From: Antedon mediterranea
Taxonomy: Eukaryota > Animalia > Echinodermata
Assembly (NCBI RefSeq): GCF_964355755.1
Contig: NC_092673.1
Coordinates: 30,191,648 to 30,255,647, forward strand
Direction: 5' to 3'
DNA: 64,000 nt
The translations under genes and the position numbers were made by a program. The notes beneath the pieces are model-generated. The model made no database searches, had not been told where the DNA came from, and saw only the letters and a list, made by a program, of their open reading frames with translations. Within the stretch, counting starts at the first letter, position 1. Each line of letters opens with the position of its first letter. Below, one piece after another: positions 40,801 to 55,800 of the stretch.

Positions 40801-43800
40801 AACGGTGTATAATTATAATATATAATCATATTTTGTATAGTATCATTTATTTATTCAATATAAAACAATAAAAACATAAAACCAATTGAGGTATTAATTT
40901 TATTTTAGTTTTATTATTTAAAAACATTTAGTAATGGATATCAAATGACTGCTGCACAATAAAAACCAGAATTTAATGACAGAAAAGCTTATGTTTTAAT
41001 GTGGAAAATTGTGCGATAATGATAAAAGGCTTGTAGCCTTTTAAAAAATGCATTTGCTTAAAGTTTGATCACTAAACTATGACAAACAACGTATGGACTT
41101 TAACTAATTTAACGACTTGAACAAAAATAAGAAGAGCCTAAACTGTACAGCTGTTTTTAGCATTCATTGTGCTGTCAATTAATACAATAATCAGGGATTG
41201 TTTAGCTGGGTTGACGCAGAACTAGGCCAAAATTATTATTCACTCAGAATATCAATATACATAATATGCAAATGTTTGATAACATTCATGTTTCATAAAT
41301 AAAATTATGTTTTAAATGCTTTGTAGTTTTACGGCCAATTCAGACAGCGTCGTACGAAGAGGACCGTCTTGAATTGTCGGTGCTGTCTGAGATAAATCCA
41401 GACGAGACAAGTTGTCTTGAGATAGCGTAATGCGTAGTTTTTAGGTCGTCTTGTCGTCAACGTTGTCCGAGTTGGCCTTTAAATGTCTGTTAATTTATTT
41501 CATCTTTATACTCAGTGACCTCCTCATGTATAATACTGAACTCACATAACACAGAAACACCATCATCCCTATTTATTGCCAACATTCTTGGACCCTTGGT
41601 ATAAAAATCTCTTTCTATGACCAGATTTAAATTTAACTTTAGGAAGGACATGATACCAATAGAACTGGATCTAGTAGAGTAGGCATAAATATTTTTGAGA
41701 CAAATTGAAACGATTTAACAGTGCAATTCAGGCATTTGTTAAAAAAGAAAGCAAGTGTAGAGTCTTACCATTCACAAGAAGAAAAAACAACAAACCAAGA
41801 GGAGCATGCAGATTAAATAAGTTTGTAGCCAGACCTAAAAGATGACAGACTCTCTACTCTGTAACCACCTACCTACCTACCTACCTTGTATCTTAACAAT
41901 CAACAACATCATAAGTCAATGTTGCATCTTAAAAATGATTAATGTTAAACTTACATCTGCTGTTGTAAGAAGACCATCAAGAGATTCTTGCAATATCCGC
42001 AGAATAGTTGCCAGAAAATGTCTAATTTACACACAAAAAAAATTTGATTAATGATGATGAATTTAGCAGATGATGCAGTACTTTGGTGAGCTTTAGAACA
42101 ACATAATTCTCAATTAGAACATTTGTTAGACCATTAGTGGCCATTAATATAGAAATTTATACTGGCTAGTTAAAATTACTTACACTGCTGGAATTATCGG
42201 GTATTGCCAAAACTGTTTACATTATACCTTTAATAACTACTGTATTAGCCTACTGTTGCATGGTACTGTAGTATAGTATAACCCCTATTCATTTAATACG
42301 GGTCCTCTACTGTTACATGGTATTATAGTATAGTATAACCCCTATTCATTTAATAGTGGTTTGGCCGTGGCCGTAGTTTTAAAACATACACTATTTTCTC
42401 TCATTCGTTTTACCACTTGAGTAATTACATCATAATTTTATAGAAAATGTGTGAACTCTTAAAATGAGTGTCCCCTAAATAAATGTCCCAAAGGAGGGAT
42501 TTTATTGTATACCAATAATATATTGGAATAAGGGAGTTTTAAGAGTGAAAAACTGATGAAAACAATAAAAATTATAGGTTAATATTATTAATGATACTTT
42601 GGCAAATAAAACATTTAACTAGTAGTTAGTATTAGCATACATTGTTGCGAAAGAAAGTTTGATTAAGTAAATCCGATTCATTTCAGTGCAAATGATACTA
42701 TTCAATTAATTTTAGATATTAAATTATTAATTTTATGTATTGAAAATATTAATTGAAATAAGTAATTAATTAACTTTTAAATAAGGTTTAGTTCAGACTG
42801 GCGACACACTTTTTTTTTTTTTTTTTTTTCAATAACTTTTATTTTCTCCTTTTATCAAAAACATTACACTCAACAGAACGTAACAAAACGGAAAACCAAA
42901 GACGTTTGAGGACGTCGCATTATCTCAATCGTCATTCTCTTTTTTCATTATTTCTTTCAATGTTTGATATACTGTACCACAAATACCTCATCATAATCAT
43001 TTCTTAAGTTAAACCAGGCTATAATAACCCCTTGTCAATAATGATTACCAAGTTTTGCATTTTCAACTCTTATTCCTTAATTTAGTTTACAATACGTTTT
43101 TGATATGGACATTATACTTATTTCAATTTTTTGCAATGTTATTCTCCACAGTTTCAGAAAAGAAGAAAGAAAATCAAAGACGTGTGAGGACGTCACATTA
43201 TAATATTTGATTAAATCACTATACCTCATCATAATCATTTCTTAATTTAAACCAGGCTATTATAACATATTAACAATAATAGTTACAAAGTTTTGCATTA
43301 TCTACTCCTATACGTTGATTTGGTTTACAAAGTCAAATTCTTTTTCCCATAACCATAATTCACCAAAACAATATAAGAGAAATAAATTGTCAAATTTTAC
43401 TAATGCGTTACAATGAATTATTTCAGTTGCTTATGGGTGTATTTCATTCAATTGTCGTTATCTCTTTTTAATACTGGTTCCTATTTTTTAATATGGACAT
43501 TATATTTATTTTTAATTTTTGCGATATTATTCTCCACAGTTTCTGTAAAGAGTATCCATCTTTTAAAGTGAATGAAGTTAAGAATAATTTCATTTATCTT
43601 GCATTTATATATATATCTCTTAGCAAGAAGTAGAATCATATTAACAAAAGTTGAATATTTATATTTTAAAAAAAATACCAAAACATATGTCTATATTATT
43701 TAATCTAATAGGGATGTCTAATTTCCTGAACCAATAAAACACATCATCCCACAATTTAGAAGTTTTCTCGCCAGATCGTATTAGAAATTCTACTGTTTTT

Positions 43801-46800
43801 TTGGTTTTTTTTTCCTTACCACAAATAGAACATTTATCATCTTGAACCAGGCCAATTCTGTGCAGTAACTTATTTGTGAAAAGAATTATATGTATAAATC
43901 TGAACTGCAGGAATCGTGTTTTAGTGTCAGGATTACATTCGTAAGGCATCCTATAAATTAAACTCCAATCAACATTAAAAAGATCAGAAAAGGAAAAGAA
44001 GAAGAAAGAAAATCAAAGACGTATGAGGACGACACACTTAGTTATTGGAGTCTGAAAACTTTGCTTTGTAATACGTCTGAACATACCCTTATATCATGTT
44101 TTTAGATCTTAATTAGGTTTCGGAAACACAATTTATGTCGTCCATTACCGGGTGTTTTTTTCTTTAAGTATAAACATCTTTATAACAAATGCGAATTAAA
44201 TGTTGTCACATTATCAATCACAAACATTCATTAAGGTTCCTGGAAATAAACAGGATGAGGGAACAAAACAAATTTAATGTTATGTGCTGAAAATCATCAA
44301 TAGATAACTAATGGAAGTTTTGATTTTGTATATTTTGAAGTAACAATGCATTTTCTTCGCTTTGCATTTATGTAATCTGTATAACAGAGTGGTAAGCGTC
44401 TTTACAGAATATGATTATTATGTTGTTTGAAGGTTTGCATGGCGAAATAAATATGTTGATATAAAGTTTGTAGTGCACCACATATATTTAGTTCTGAAAT
44501 GAACTGTTGAGTTTATAAACGTTTCGATCAATATACTTTGATCGCCCTCAGGAGTGAAGATGTAGAAGGTCCTGAGGCCGATCAAACTTATTGATCAAAT
44601 GTCAAGAAGCTCAACAGTTCTTTTCAGAACTAAATATACATGGTGTACTGCAAACTATATATCAACAATATGATTGAAATAAAATGGTTGTACATTCAAA
44701 CAATTGACTTTCCTACAGCGTGGTTCCCACTAGCGACGCAACACAAGGACGTAACGCAACGCAAGTGAATTGACCAATCACAAGTGATGGCTTATACGCT
44801 TGTGATTGCTAACTGTCTATAACTTGGCTTGTCATTGGTTAAAACGCTTGCGTTGCGTTTACGTCCTTGCGTTACGTTCTAGTGGGAACCAAGCTTAATA
44901 CTGATCACTGGAAAACAAAAACTCTCTTAAAACCAGGGTCCAAAAAGGTTCCAAATTCTCAGGAGTGAAGATGTAGAAAGTACAGAGGGTGATCAAACGT
45001 CAAGAAGCTCAACAGTTCTTTTCAGAACTAAATATATGTGGTGTACCGCGAACTATTATAAACATATGATTAAAATAAAATGGTTGTACATTCAAATACA
45101 TTGGTAGTCGACTTTCCTAATACTGATCACCGAAAAACAAAAACTCTCTCAAAACCAGGATCCGAAAGGTCCCAAGTTATTTTTTTGTAAAATTAAAGAC
45201 ACCAGTCAAAAGACATACTAGGGCAGGTCAAGATTGTTCAGATTTGGGATAGTTTACTGTGTATAAGAAAGTAGTCCATTTAATATTTATTTAGAATGCC
45301 CAACAATTTTGGTTCTGAGCCAGCACTTTATTATCATTCCTCCATTTTGAAAATCACCTTTTCAACATTTGCTGCATCTTACCTACTGTACCCATTCAAA
45401 CTGGAATCTATAGTAATTAATTAATTTATTATTAACTTCTAGCTTCCTGTAGTAATTAAAAGATAGGCAAATTGTAATCTGCAACATCATAATATATTTA
45501 TTATTGATACAATTTATGTATGCATCTTAAAGTTAATCTAAGATAATCTCCTTATAATATATGTTTGATCTTGTGTATAATAATAATAATAAATATACAT
45601 ATTTTGTTTGTAATTTAGATTTTCTAGTGTATATTATACTGTATTAGTAGCAATCTAAATATTTTTTAAGCATTTGTATTTTTTTTTTTCTGGAGTTGGA
45701 AAGACACATTATTGTCTTTCCTTATTATTATATTTTAAGTATCACTAAATAAATAATTTTATAATAATATATTAAATATATATACTTACACTTCAAGTTC
45801 AGGTTTTTCACCGAAGACGTAGTATTTGGGATCAAATTTTAAAGTGTGATTTTTATTCCGTTGATGACTAAAAAAAAAAGATACTTGTAAGTAAACAAAA
45901 TAGTAATCCTATTAGTTTGACATATATATGCCATGAAAAAAAAATGTATTTCTTTTTAATTAAAAAAATATTTATCATCATCACCATATCATTTTTCATT
46001 TTTTTGATTTGAACCAAAACCTTAGTCTTGACAAGGCTGACACTTTAGGACATAAGCCACGTAAAACAACAAGTAACCTTGACAAAATTGATGAAATAAA
46101 ATTAATCTTTCAAAGCATCATGTACTTCAAAATTCCCAAGTCATTTAATTCTAAACCATTAGTGTTCATTTTCTATCAAGGTGATGTAATGTATGCATAC
46201 TCCTGGGTGTAGCTAGAAAAATAACAGGTATTGCTTGTCGCATCCAGTTATCGTAATTAGCTAGTCAGAAAAACTTGTTTTAATTTACAGTTCAGTTACA
46301 GTTCAAATTTGAATACTTCTCATATGAATTATGATGACAAGCAGATTACAAAAAAACAAATGAGAAAAATATGATGAAAAGTGATGTATTATACAGAGAT
46401 GAGATTATAATTAAATACAAAATGAAAGAGACAACGATATAAAAACTTTGGAGCGATGAGAGTGTCAAATTTGTACTCAATTTATTAAAATGTAATATAC
46501 ACACTGTAACATAATGCCTTTACGGCACTATCTTTTTTTGTAGTGCATTGAGTGAGTGGCCAAGCGGTTAAAACAGTTGAATTGTAACACATAGGCATAT
46601 TATCTTGAGGCCCACAAGGTTCTGGTGGTAGCATGAGTCTTTCGATCAGATCTATAAATTTTAGGCTCAGCCACTTTCAAGTAACCAAGTAAAATTCTTT
46701 CGGAATGAGTACGGGGTTAGCGTAGCCTGCTTGTTCGCACACAGCCACTGTCGTGGACAGACTCAGACAGAGCACCACAGACAATGATATATCCGTTGGA

Positions 46801-49800
46801 ATGGTGCTATACAGAACTATCATACATTATATTATCATTCCCTATTTTTTTCTATAGTGAAAGCATTACATAATATCTTTTGATCATTTTTAATAATAGA
46901 ACTTTGAACAACACTTGTATTTTCATTAAAATCAATTATTTTTCCATTTTCCCTATGTAGTTTATAACAATAATTGTCTGTCCAACATGAGAGACATCAC
47001 AGATAAAGTGCAAATTTTATTCCACTGTGGGTCGATTTCTGACAGCCAAACAGACATATATGTAGGTTAATGGAATTAACAAGCACTTAATATCAGATAC
47101 TATCATTAATGCATAAAAGTCATCCACGGCATAACAACACGTTCCAACTTAAAAACATTATTACAAGTGAAACTGATGATTACTAATTATCATTTTGCTC
47201 GTTAGGTGGGTGTTTTGCGAGCATGTACTTTATGGTTTGGCATGTTGTCGTTTAAAACTGGCATTTGTATCGTTATTTTTCAAATGCAAGATGTACTATA
47301 ATTAGAAATATATCTTCGTCGGTTCGCTTAAAGACGTCGTTTGTTGACTTAGAAAGTATATCATTAAATATTCTTTTCGTGTTAAATGCTTGTGCGGCAC
47401 GCATGTAACCTTTAAGTGACTTGCACGAGCAACTCTTTTATAAAAAGTTGAGAAGCATGTACTCAAGTGGTTAATAAAATTATCACTAAGTCTCAACATG
47501 GAGGTATACCTCCATGGTCTCAATATGGAAACCCAGCTTACTGTAAAGCTCTGTCTACATTATCAAACTAGTTTGACAAAAAAAGTGTGATGTGTCCAAA
47601 TATGGTACTGATATGCCCAAATATGGTAGTGATATGACATCATCATGTCCATATATGGTCACATCACATTTTTTTTGTCACATAAAGTTTGATAGTAGAC
47701 AGAGCTTTTAATTAATACAGATTATTTTGTAACAAAATATACGACAAAGCTTTTTTAAACTAATGTGTTTACCAATATCATTACTGTATTCGGTTTCTAC
47801 AGTATTATATACAGGGTACATCATTTTTTTCTTCAAAAAACTAAACTATACACGTTACATAATACATTCCTCATTCAACGCACAACATTTTAAATTTGAT
47901 GAATTATCATCATCAGACGTCAATAATTAAGAGTGTTTTTTAAACATTCATGAGGTATTAAATAAATAAATATTAACAAAACATTTTCAAATGAGAAACT
48001 AGACATGAAACTCGTCACTTTGACGAGTTAGTTATCCGCACCACGACAAACGCCACGTGCACGTCATACGTTGGAATATTGCACACAGATAAAGATTATG
48101 GCATTATGACAAGAACTGAAGAATATGATATGCTGTTAGTGCTGAATTCTGTCAATTTTGTGTCATATAGTATATACATGCAAAGACTACAGTATAATCT
48201 GTATACATATTACATACAGTGTAGAATAGGTGAAATTACGGGACCCGCCATTTATTCCAATTTTTAACATGGCGACGGTATCAAAATGAAACACTTAGAT
48301 AGCAATTTCAGAAGGAAATTATCTTAGGAACAACATATTAACGTGTAAAAGAAATTTGAATACGTAAAATATAGATGCGCACCCTTTTAAATGTGATGAA
48401 CTATTACGCAAAATATGAAAATACAACTTTTTTTATTCAACTGGCCATATGATGACGTCACAACATCCGATTGGCAAAATGTTTACATGAATTCGTATCT
48501 ACAATCCAATAGCTTCCAGAAAACGTTTTAATCGTGATTATCACATTTTATTCTTACGAGGTATTACAGAATAAAATTTACTGTAAAGATGAAATTAATG
48601 ACCCACGTAATTGAAATTTTTAGGCATGATGACGTCATAACAATTAAAATATTTTTATCTCATGCTAAAGAAAGTTGATTGACCTACACAATATATAAAT
48701 GTAGGAGAAAAAGGAATACAGATAAGCGTGATGCGCTCCATTGAATGTGATGAGCAATAACGAAAGAGACAAAAATCCTATATTTTACATTCGTGTGGCC
48801 ATACGATGACGTCACAATGTTTTTTTAGCCTTATCGATGCATGATCCGTTATCTACAACTCATCAACTTCTAGATTTTGTAATAAAAATAAACGGTTCAC
48901 GGTTTACTTTAGAAACTATGACTGTTTAAAAAAAGACAAAATGTTGACGATTTTTTAAGCTTTTTCATAAAAAACGCGCATGAAATGTTTAATTCAACGT
49001 GTTCGTATGGCGTTATTTAAATTGGAAAAGGTCTAAATTGTTTTCAAAATTACTAGGAAAGGCTTGAAAAATATAATTCAAGAGAAAAAAATATGTTTTT
49101 AACGCTACGTGCGCACCGCGTGCGTAAAAAATTGCGCGCCCGTGGGAATTTTTGACATGCTCAAAATGACAAGAAACGCATAAAAAGTTGATTAGAAATT
49201 AATTTTGCGCATTTTGAAATTTTAAATGCGCGTGCGCGCGTAACTTCTTGTGAAACATGCCATTTTTAATCCGTAGAAAGTTTGCCCCTGATATGACTTA
49301 AATTTTGTCAAAGTGTCAATACTAAATGACTTTTGGTTTTTAATCTATGATCAATCATTGAAATTCATAAAATTGCGCGTAAGTCACGTTGCGCAACTAT
49401 GACGTCATTCAAAAATAGGAGGTGCACAACTTCACGTAAATGCCCATATGTTGTCAAAGTTAAGAAATGTTATGTTTACACATTTTAGAGAAACGCGATC
49501 CACAAAAAGGAAGGATGGAAAGAAGAATAATACAGAAAAAAACTGTTGATCTCATACAATCACAAGGAGTTATCCGCTTGGTATACCAAGCGGATAACTA
49601 ATAAATTATAGAACATATAAATGCTAATGAACACAACATAACAAAAGATAGGTTCAATGACTTAAATATGATACTTAGAATAACATAAAAAAATACTGTA
49701 TGTTATGTTGATTTTATCGTATTGTTGCTTAGGTTTGTACTTTGTTTAAAATATGTAAAAAAAAATGTAAATATAACTGTCATATTTTATGGAAACTTTG

Positions 49801-52800
49801 AAAACATGTGAATTGTGAGCATGTGCAGATCTTGGTTTTACTCTAGCGATTTTGTAGGAATTGAGAACACTTCTTCATAGTTATAAAACATTATCATTTA
49901 AAAAGAAAATAGCATGATATGACAGATCAAGCTACGTTGATAAAGTGTGTAAAGTGCTATCAAATGACTAATATTGTTGAAAATTAATAATGTAATATGA
50001 TGTGATGTAATTTGATCTCGAGCATCAGTATGTGTGCAATGTATGAAGTTTACATTTTTTATATACTCAACTTTTTTTTATCTGTACGTGTTTTTTTTTT
50101 ATCTGTACAACGTTTTTTTTTTAATCTGTACAATGTTTTTTTTATCATTTGCATAATGTTTTATTATCTGTACAACGTTTTTTAATTTGTATGTTTTTTT
50201 TATCTATACAAGTTTTTTTTATCTGTACAACGTTTTTTTTATCATCTGTACATTTTTTTTTTATCTGTACAACGTCTTTATCTGTACGGTTTTTTTTTTT
50301 ATCCGTGCAACGTTTTTTATCTGTACAAAGGTTTTTTATCTGAATGTTTTTTTATTTGTAAAACATTTTTTATTTGTTATTTATAGATATACATTATTAT
50401 GAGATTATGGTATTTGATAGAAGTTTTAAATAAATAGATTAACCCTATTGCTGAAGAAAAAAGAAGTTTTTTGTCCATTGAAGTTAATTATATAAAACCC
50501 GATGTTACTCCTTAATCATAACTATAGGAAAAACACTTTTTTGTCTTGTCTGAAGTTATATAAAACCTATAGATTTTACTTACATAACTACTGTATAGTG
50601 GTTTAAGTATGACATGAAATATGTAAGTGTTAAAGAGGGTGTTTACAACATAACAGCGGTACCTCTCACTCTTTTTAAGTACCTAATAACAAGAATGTAT
50701 AAATGCAATTAAAACAAGCAAATTAACGAAATATGCAGAATGAACAACTAATTGACGATTGGATTTCTCATGGGAATGTTAAACTAGATCTACAACTGGA
50801 TTATCAGTTGTTTTCCATAGCATCAGTGGAATTAGTTTGTTTTTAACATATTTAATAATTATCAAATGAAAATTATTGAAATCCACTGGGCCAACATTCC
50901 ATTTTTATTCATAAATTTACAAGCCACATTAAATTATTCCACAACAATGTAAAGTTAATCAAAATCAATCAAAATAAACATTTATTTACTTAAATTGCAG
51001 AATAGAAACATAATCAAGAACAACAATGAAACTTAATAATAAAGCCTGTTTTCCTGTCGACGTTAGTCGACGCTATCATCATTAATCGTTAAAAGTTCAA
51101 CGACGATCGTTTGAAAACGATCAAGTTGAAATGTTAATGATAGCGCGAACATTTGATTTCTAGCGTTGAACGTTAGAGTTGAAACTCCGGTCTTCTTTCT
51201 CGACGTCGTCGTAACGCGCAAAAATGAATAGAGGACTCCCCTGCCTCTAGCAGTAGGCTCACAGTGTAGGACACGTACGGGCCTAGGCATACTAATATCT
51301 CTATACTGATGGTTCTTCGTTTTCAGTAGGCCTATCCTAGTCCAAATAGCATTTGGGACTAGGCTGAAGACTTTGACCTACCTAATATTCCCGCACTTAC
51401 TTTCCAGAACATCATTTTATAGTAACTTTGGTAAAGCTAGGCCTAGCTTTGACCGCGCCGCGATGCAACAAAAATAAATGTAGTAAGCAGAATTTGCCAT
51501 CAATTATGTGACGTCATGTGCTGTATCGCCATGATGATTGGTCAGTTCTTACGTTTTAGCGTTGCGATATCGCTAGAGTTGAACTGGATTCAACTCTTGC
51601 GATTGTCAACTCTTGCGATTGTCAACGATCGCGACTTGTAGCGTCGATTACCGTCGATTATTACACCTTTTCCTGTAAATCGCCGACATTTTGTATTGTC
51701 ATCGTTAGTTCAAAAAGTCCCTTTTCCTGTAAATCGTTAACATTTCTATGTTTACGTTGAAGATCGCCGATTTTTGTTAACGATAGCGTCGAATAGCGTC
51801 GACAGGAAAACAGGCTTAAGGTTTAAAAAAATAAGAAACAAAATGTAACATACAAATCATAACTATCATCAGAGAATCATAAAAAGAATGTCAACATTTC
51901 AATTCCGATAAATTTCTGTGCAATAAAAAATAGAAAGCAAAAGAAGGTGGCAACCTCCAAAAGGCAAGCCTGAGTGGGAGGAGTCAGAAGGTGGCAACCT
52001 CCAAAAGGCAAGCGTGGGAGGAGTCAGAAGGTGGCAACCTCCAAAAGGCAAGCCTGAGTGGGAGGAGTCAGAAGGTGGCAACCTCCAAAAGGCAAGCCTG
52101 AGTGGGAGGAGTCAGAAGGTGGCAACCTCCAAAAGGCAAGCCTGAGTGGGAGGAGCCATATATTAACTATGGTTCGTAACAAAACGTGATTATTAATTAT
52201 ATTATCTAATAAAAAACAAGGTATGCCTATGGTTGATATTAAAGAAGATCCAATTACGGAACAATGATGTTATGGCATTTATTAACAACTCTATTGTTGG
52301 TGAAGGTATCGGGAGAGTTGGCTGTATTTGGAAACTTAAAGATATGGTTCGGGACCAAGGTTAAACCTGTTATTTTTCCAAATAAAAAGCTGAAATCATA
52401 AACCACTGGACAACCAAGGAATTTTGGGTAAATAAAAAACGTAGGCCTATGTCCCTACTGTAGAAATGTTACCACAAAAAATAAACTGAATTCTCATATT
52501 CATATAAAATAGTAATAAACAATAAAACTCTTGGGAAATTAAATTTTTTTTTAGTTATGATAACCTAAATTTATGAATCCGATTTAATAATAATCTGTTG
52601 TAAAACAATACTGAACAAACAGAGTGGATATTAAAAATGATGAACCATGCCCTTTTCAACATCAATTAATATGAAAATAACTTAATCCTAAATAGAATTG
52701 TTAATCATATTCCATTCCATTTGGTATTGCATCATAAAATATAATATATTATCTGAGCTTAAACTCATGAATTTTTATGTAAATAAGGCCGGCTATAAAA

Positions 52801-55800
52801 TAAAACTTTTAATACTACTTGTCCGGATCAAATTATAATCTGCACACTAATATCAATCTTGCCAACAAATAGTAATACCTCTGTCACTCACCTACTAAAA
52901 CACAAGAGTTTGCAGACACACCAAGCATGGAATTTTTTGGTCAGCCAAATTTCAAAATTTAAAAAAAGGCAGAAGATAGAACATTATTGGTTCCCATATT
53001 TCATTTTTTGGTCATTAAATTCTTGCACAATTATCATCTCAAACTATAACACTTTGTGAAAATAGGAAATTACTATTACAACAATTATTAACCAGCATGT
53101 AATGCTACAGGGACTGTTAATCACAACATTGGTGATTGAATATAGCAGACATCAATTATAACAGCGTGTTAGTCTTATAAAGTGTTTATCACCAAGAACG
53201 ACCTCTGGGCGCGTTGTTACGTTTATCCCAGTCGTCTGTCTGAGGAAATACACACTCAACTCCCTCGTGAAAATTCTCATAATTTTCAATTATGTTTTTA
53301 AGTATGTTGGCAGCTAGTTTCTACTTGGTACAAAATGGAACAGTGATAGAATTGACACTAATATAACCTGGAATGGCTTGAGGTCTGGTTGTAAAAAAAG
53401 TTAAAAGTACATTAGGGCGGGTCAGTTGGTCATCACACGATTGCTTATGTGTTATGGAATGCTGAGTTAGCACTAGCAAAAGATTTCATTGAGTCTTTTA
53501 TTTAGTGTATCTTGATCAAGACTTTACATCCATCTTTATTTTTTATTTATTTATTTTTATTTATTTATTTTATTTATTCAACTTCTCACTAACTCAGTTA
53601 GTGAATGATCTGGACCAACAGGTGGTAAACACCTCTAAAACGGCCCAGTCCCAATTTGCACAGTGGCTGTGTGTGACAGTGGCTGTGTTTGTGTGGACTA
53701 GTACACCGGGGTAACCCCCTACTCGTCTCGAAAGATGTACTAGGTTCTTTAAAGTGCGCATGAGCTATGTGTACACTGGACCTACGGTTAATAGTCCTTT
53801 TCCGAGAAGACTCGTTCTACCACCGGAACCATGGAGCGAGTGAGCCTCGAACCCTTGCCGATGTTATGGCTACGTAATTACGGTTCCACTGTCTTAACCG
53901 CTCGGCCACTCACTCGCTTTATACTCTATGCCAGCCATGACGGCTTGTTTTTGTTACATACCATGGGGTAAAAATGATTTTCCAGTCGGTTTTAATTACA
54001 TAAACTATTTGCAATTTAAAAGGAATGTTTTTTTTTATTGTTATTTTGATTTGAAAGAACTAAATGTTAACTTGAATTGAATTTTTAACAAGCAGGATTA
54101 AATTAAACAAATATGTATAGTACATAAGGCAAATTAGTTATTATGGAACTTTGCTATGCTTCATAAAAATAATGTAGGGATACATGTTATATAAACAATA
54201 AATAGAAAAACAAAGAAGATGCTGCAAAATGGTAAGGGGGTAAATATGTAATACTCTTTTAAACCATGTTCATAGCCCCTTCCCTGAACCTCTTGACAAG
54301 GCATTCAACTCAATTGTCAAATATTGTAGTACCTTGAACAAACTATGTAACAAACAGTTGATGGTACAAGTCAAGATTAAATGCTAGGATAACACAGGAG
54401 GGTCCCAAGATGATGAACAATTAACCTTCCTTCAAGTCTTCACAACTCCTAATATTATTATTAATTAATCACTTCCTTCAAGTCTTATTATTGATAAAAA
54501 GGAAATATTGTGACAGTTTCCATTATTTCATAGGCATCCTACAGCGAGTAACTTGCAAATTACATGTTGGATAAACTATTTAATAATTTATCATGCTTAT
54601 AAAGTCTCATTTGAGGCTTAGGAGGTGGAGTTGAAAAGAAATGTCCTTGCACTAAGTCAGGACTGAACCTGGAACCTTGGAATTGGAAGACACGTTAACC
54701 ACCAAGCTATATACAGCTCCACTACCCAAGCTACAACTTAAAAAATGTAAAAAAGTCAGAAAGTTGGGCAAAATAAAAGGACTTTGGCTTTGATTTAAAA
54801 AAAGGTGGTTCCAAAGAAATGGAGCAGGACAAGTAAATGATCCGTTATCCCATGATTTTTAAGTTTGTGGTATGGTGAAGAGACATTTTGTATGATGATC
54901 ACAGACTGCAAACAGGTTTTAATTTGTACGTTTAATTATTATCACTGTAAATATAATTATCTTGTCCAGACAATTGACCATTACATTTATTATGATGATA
55001 AAGTTTATCTACGGGTAAGTCTTTACAGAATATTATTAATTGCTTTTGCGGCCGCAAACATCAGATGAATAGTCATAGATTCTCGTCGCTTTGATTAATT
55101 TTTTTTTTGCCAATGACATTAATCCGTAATCAACTACCACTCCCTGCTTACAAACATTTAGAAGTCGTTAAATTACATAATTATGAAATTTGCATAAATT
55201 CATTTTCTCCGAGTTCAAAAGATGACTGTAAGTTCAGTCACTCCAAAAGACCAATTAATAAAAAGTCAATGAAGTAATTCAACATCATTTTAAAGTCAAT
55301 ATTATTTCTTCAATATAAGTAGTGTTCTTCAAATTTAGAAATAAATTTTGGACAATAAATGAGGTACATTATCTATCTACTGTATGGTAAATACAAACAA
55401 TCAAATAATATACTGTACAGTAAAATGTGTACCAAATTGGCCTAAACTTTTGCCAAGTACTTTTAGTACACTCCACCCAAAACAGAAAAATGTACTAATC
55501 GCATCAAGTTTAAACTGGTTGCGATGACAGTTTACAAATAGAGCTATTTCTGATGTGATATACGGTCTGTTGAGATTTAATTTCCGTAGCATAGACTGTA
55601 TTAAAACTAATGCATAATAAAAACTGTAAACTGAAGCCTTGTTAATCAAGTTAAAAGCAAAGATTTAAAATTTGCTGGCCCTTAACAAGATTAATTAACA
55701 TCATCGTATTATGTACTCTAAGCACAGACCTGATCTAATCCTAAATAATCCAGATCTTGTCAATTGTACACTAATGTAATTGCAAGTTGATTTGAATTTT

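Noticed and set aside
54640-54722. tRNA gene on the minus strand (similar heads at about 30343-30420 and 57480-57550)
   Set aside because: Only degenerate A/B boxes and no complete cloverleaf; more likely decayed SINE heads.
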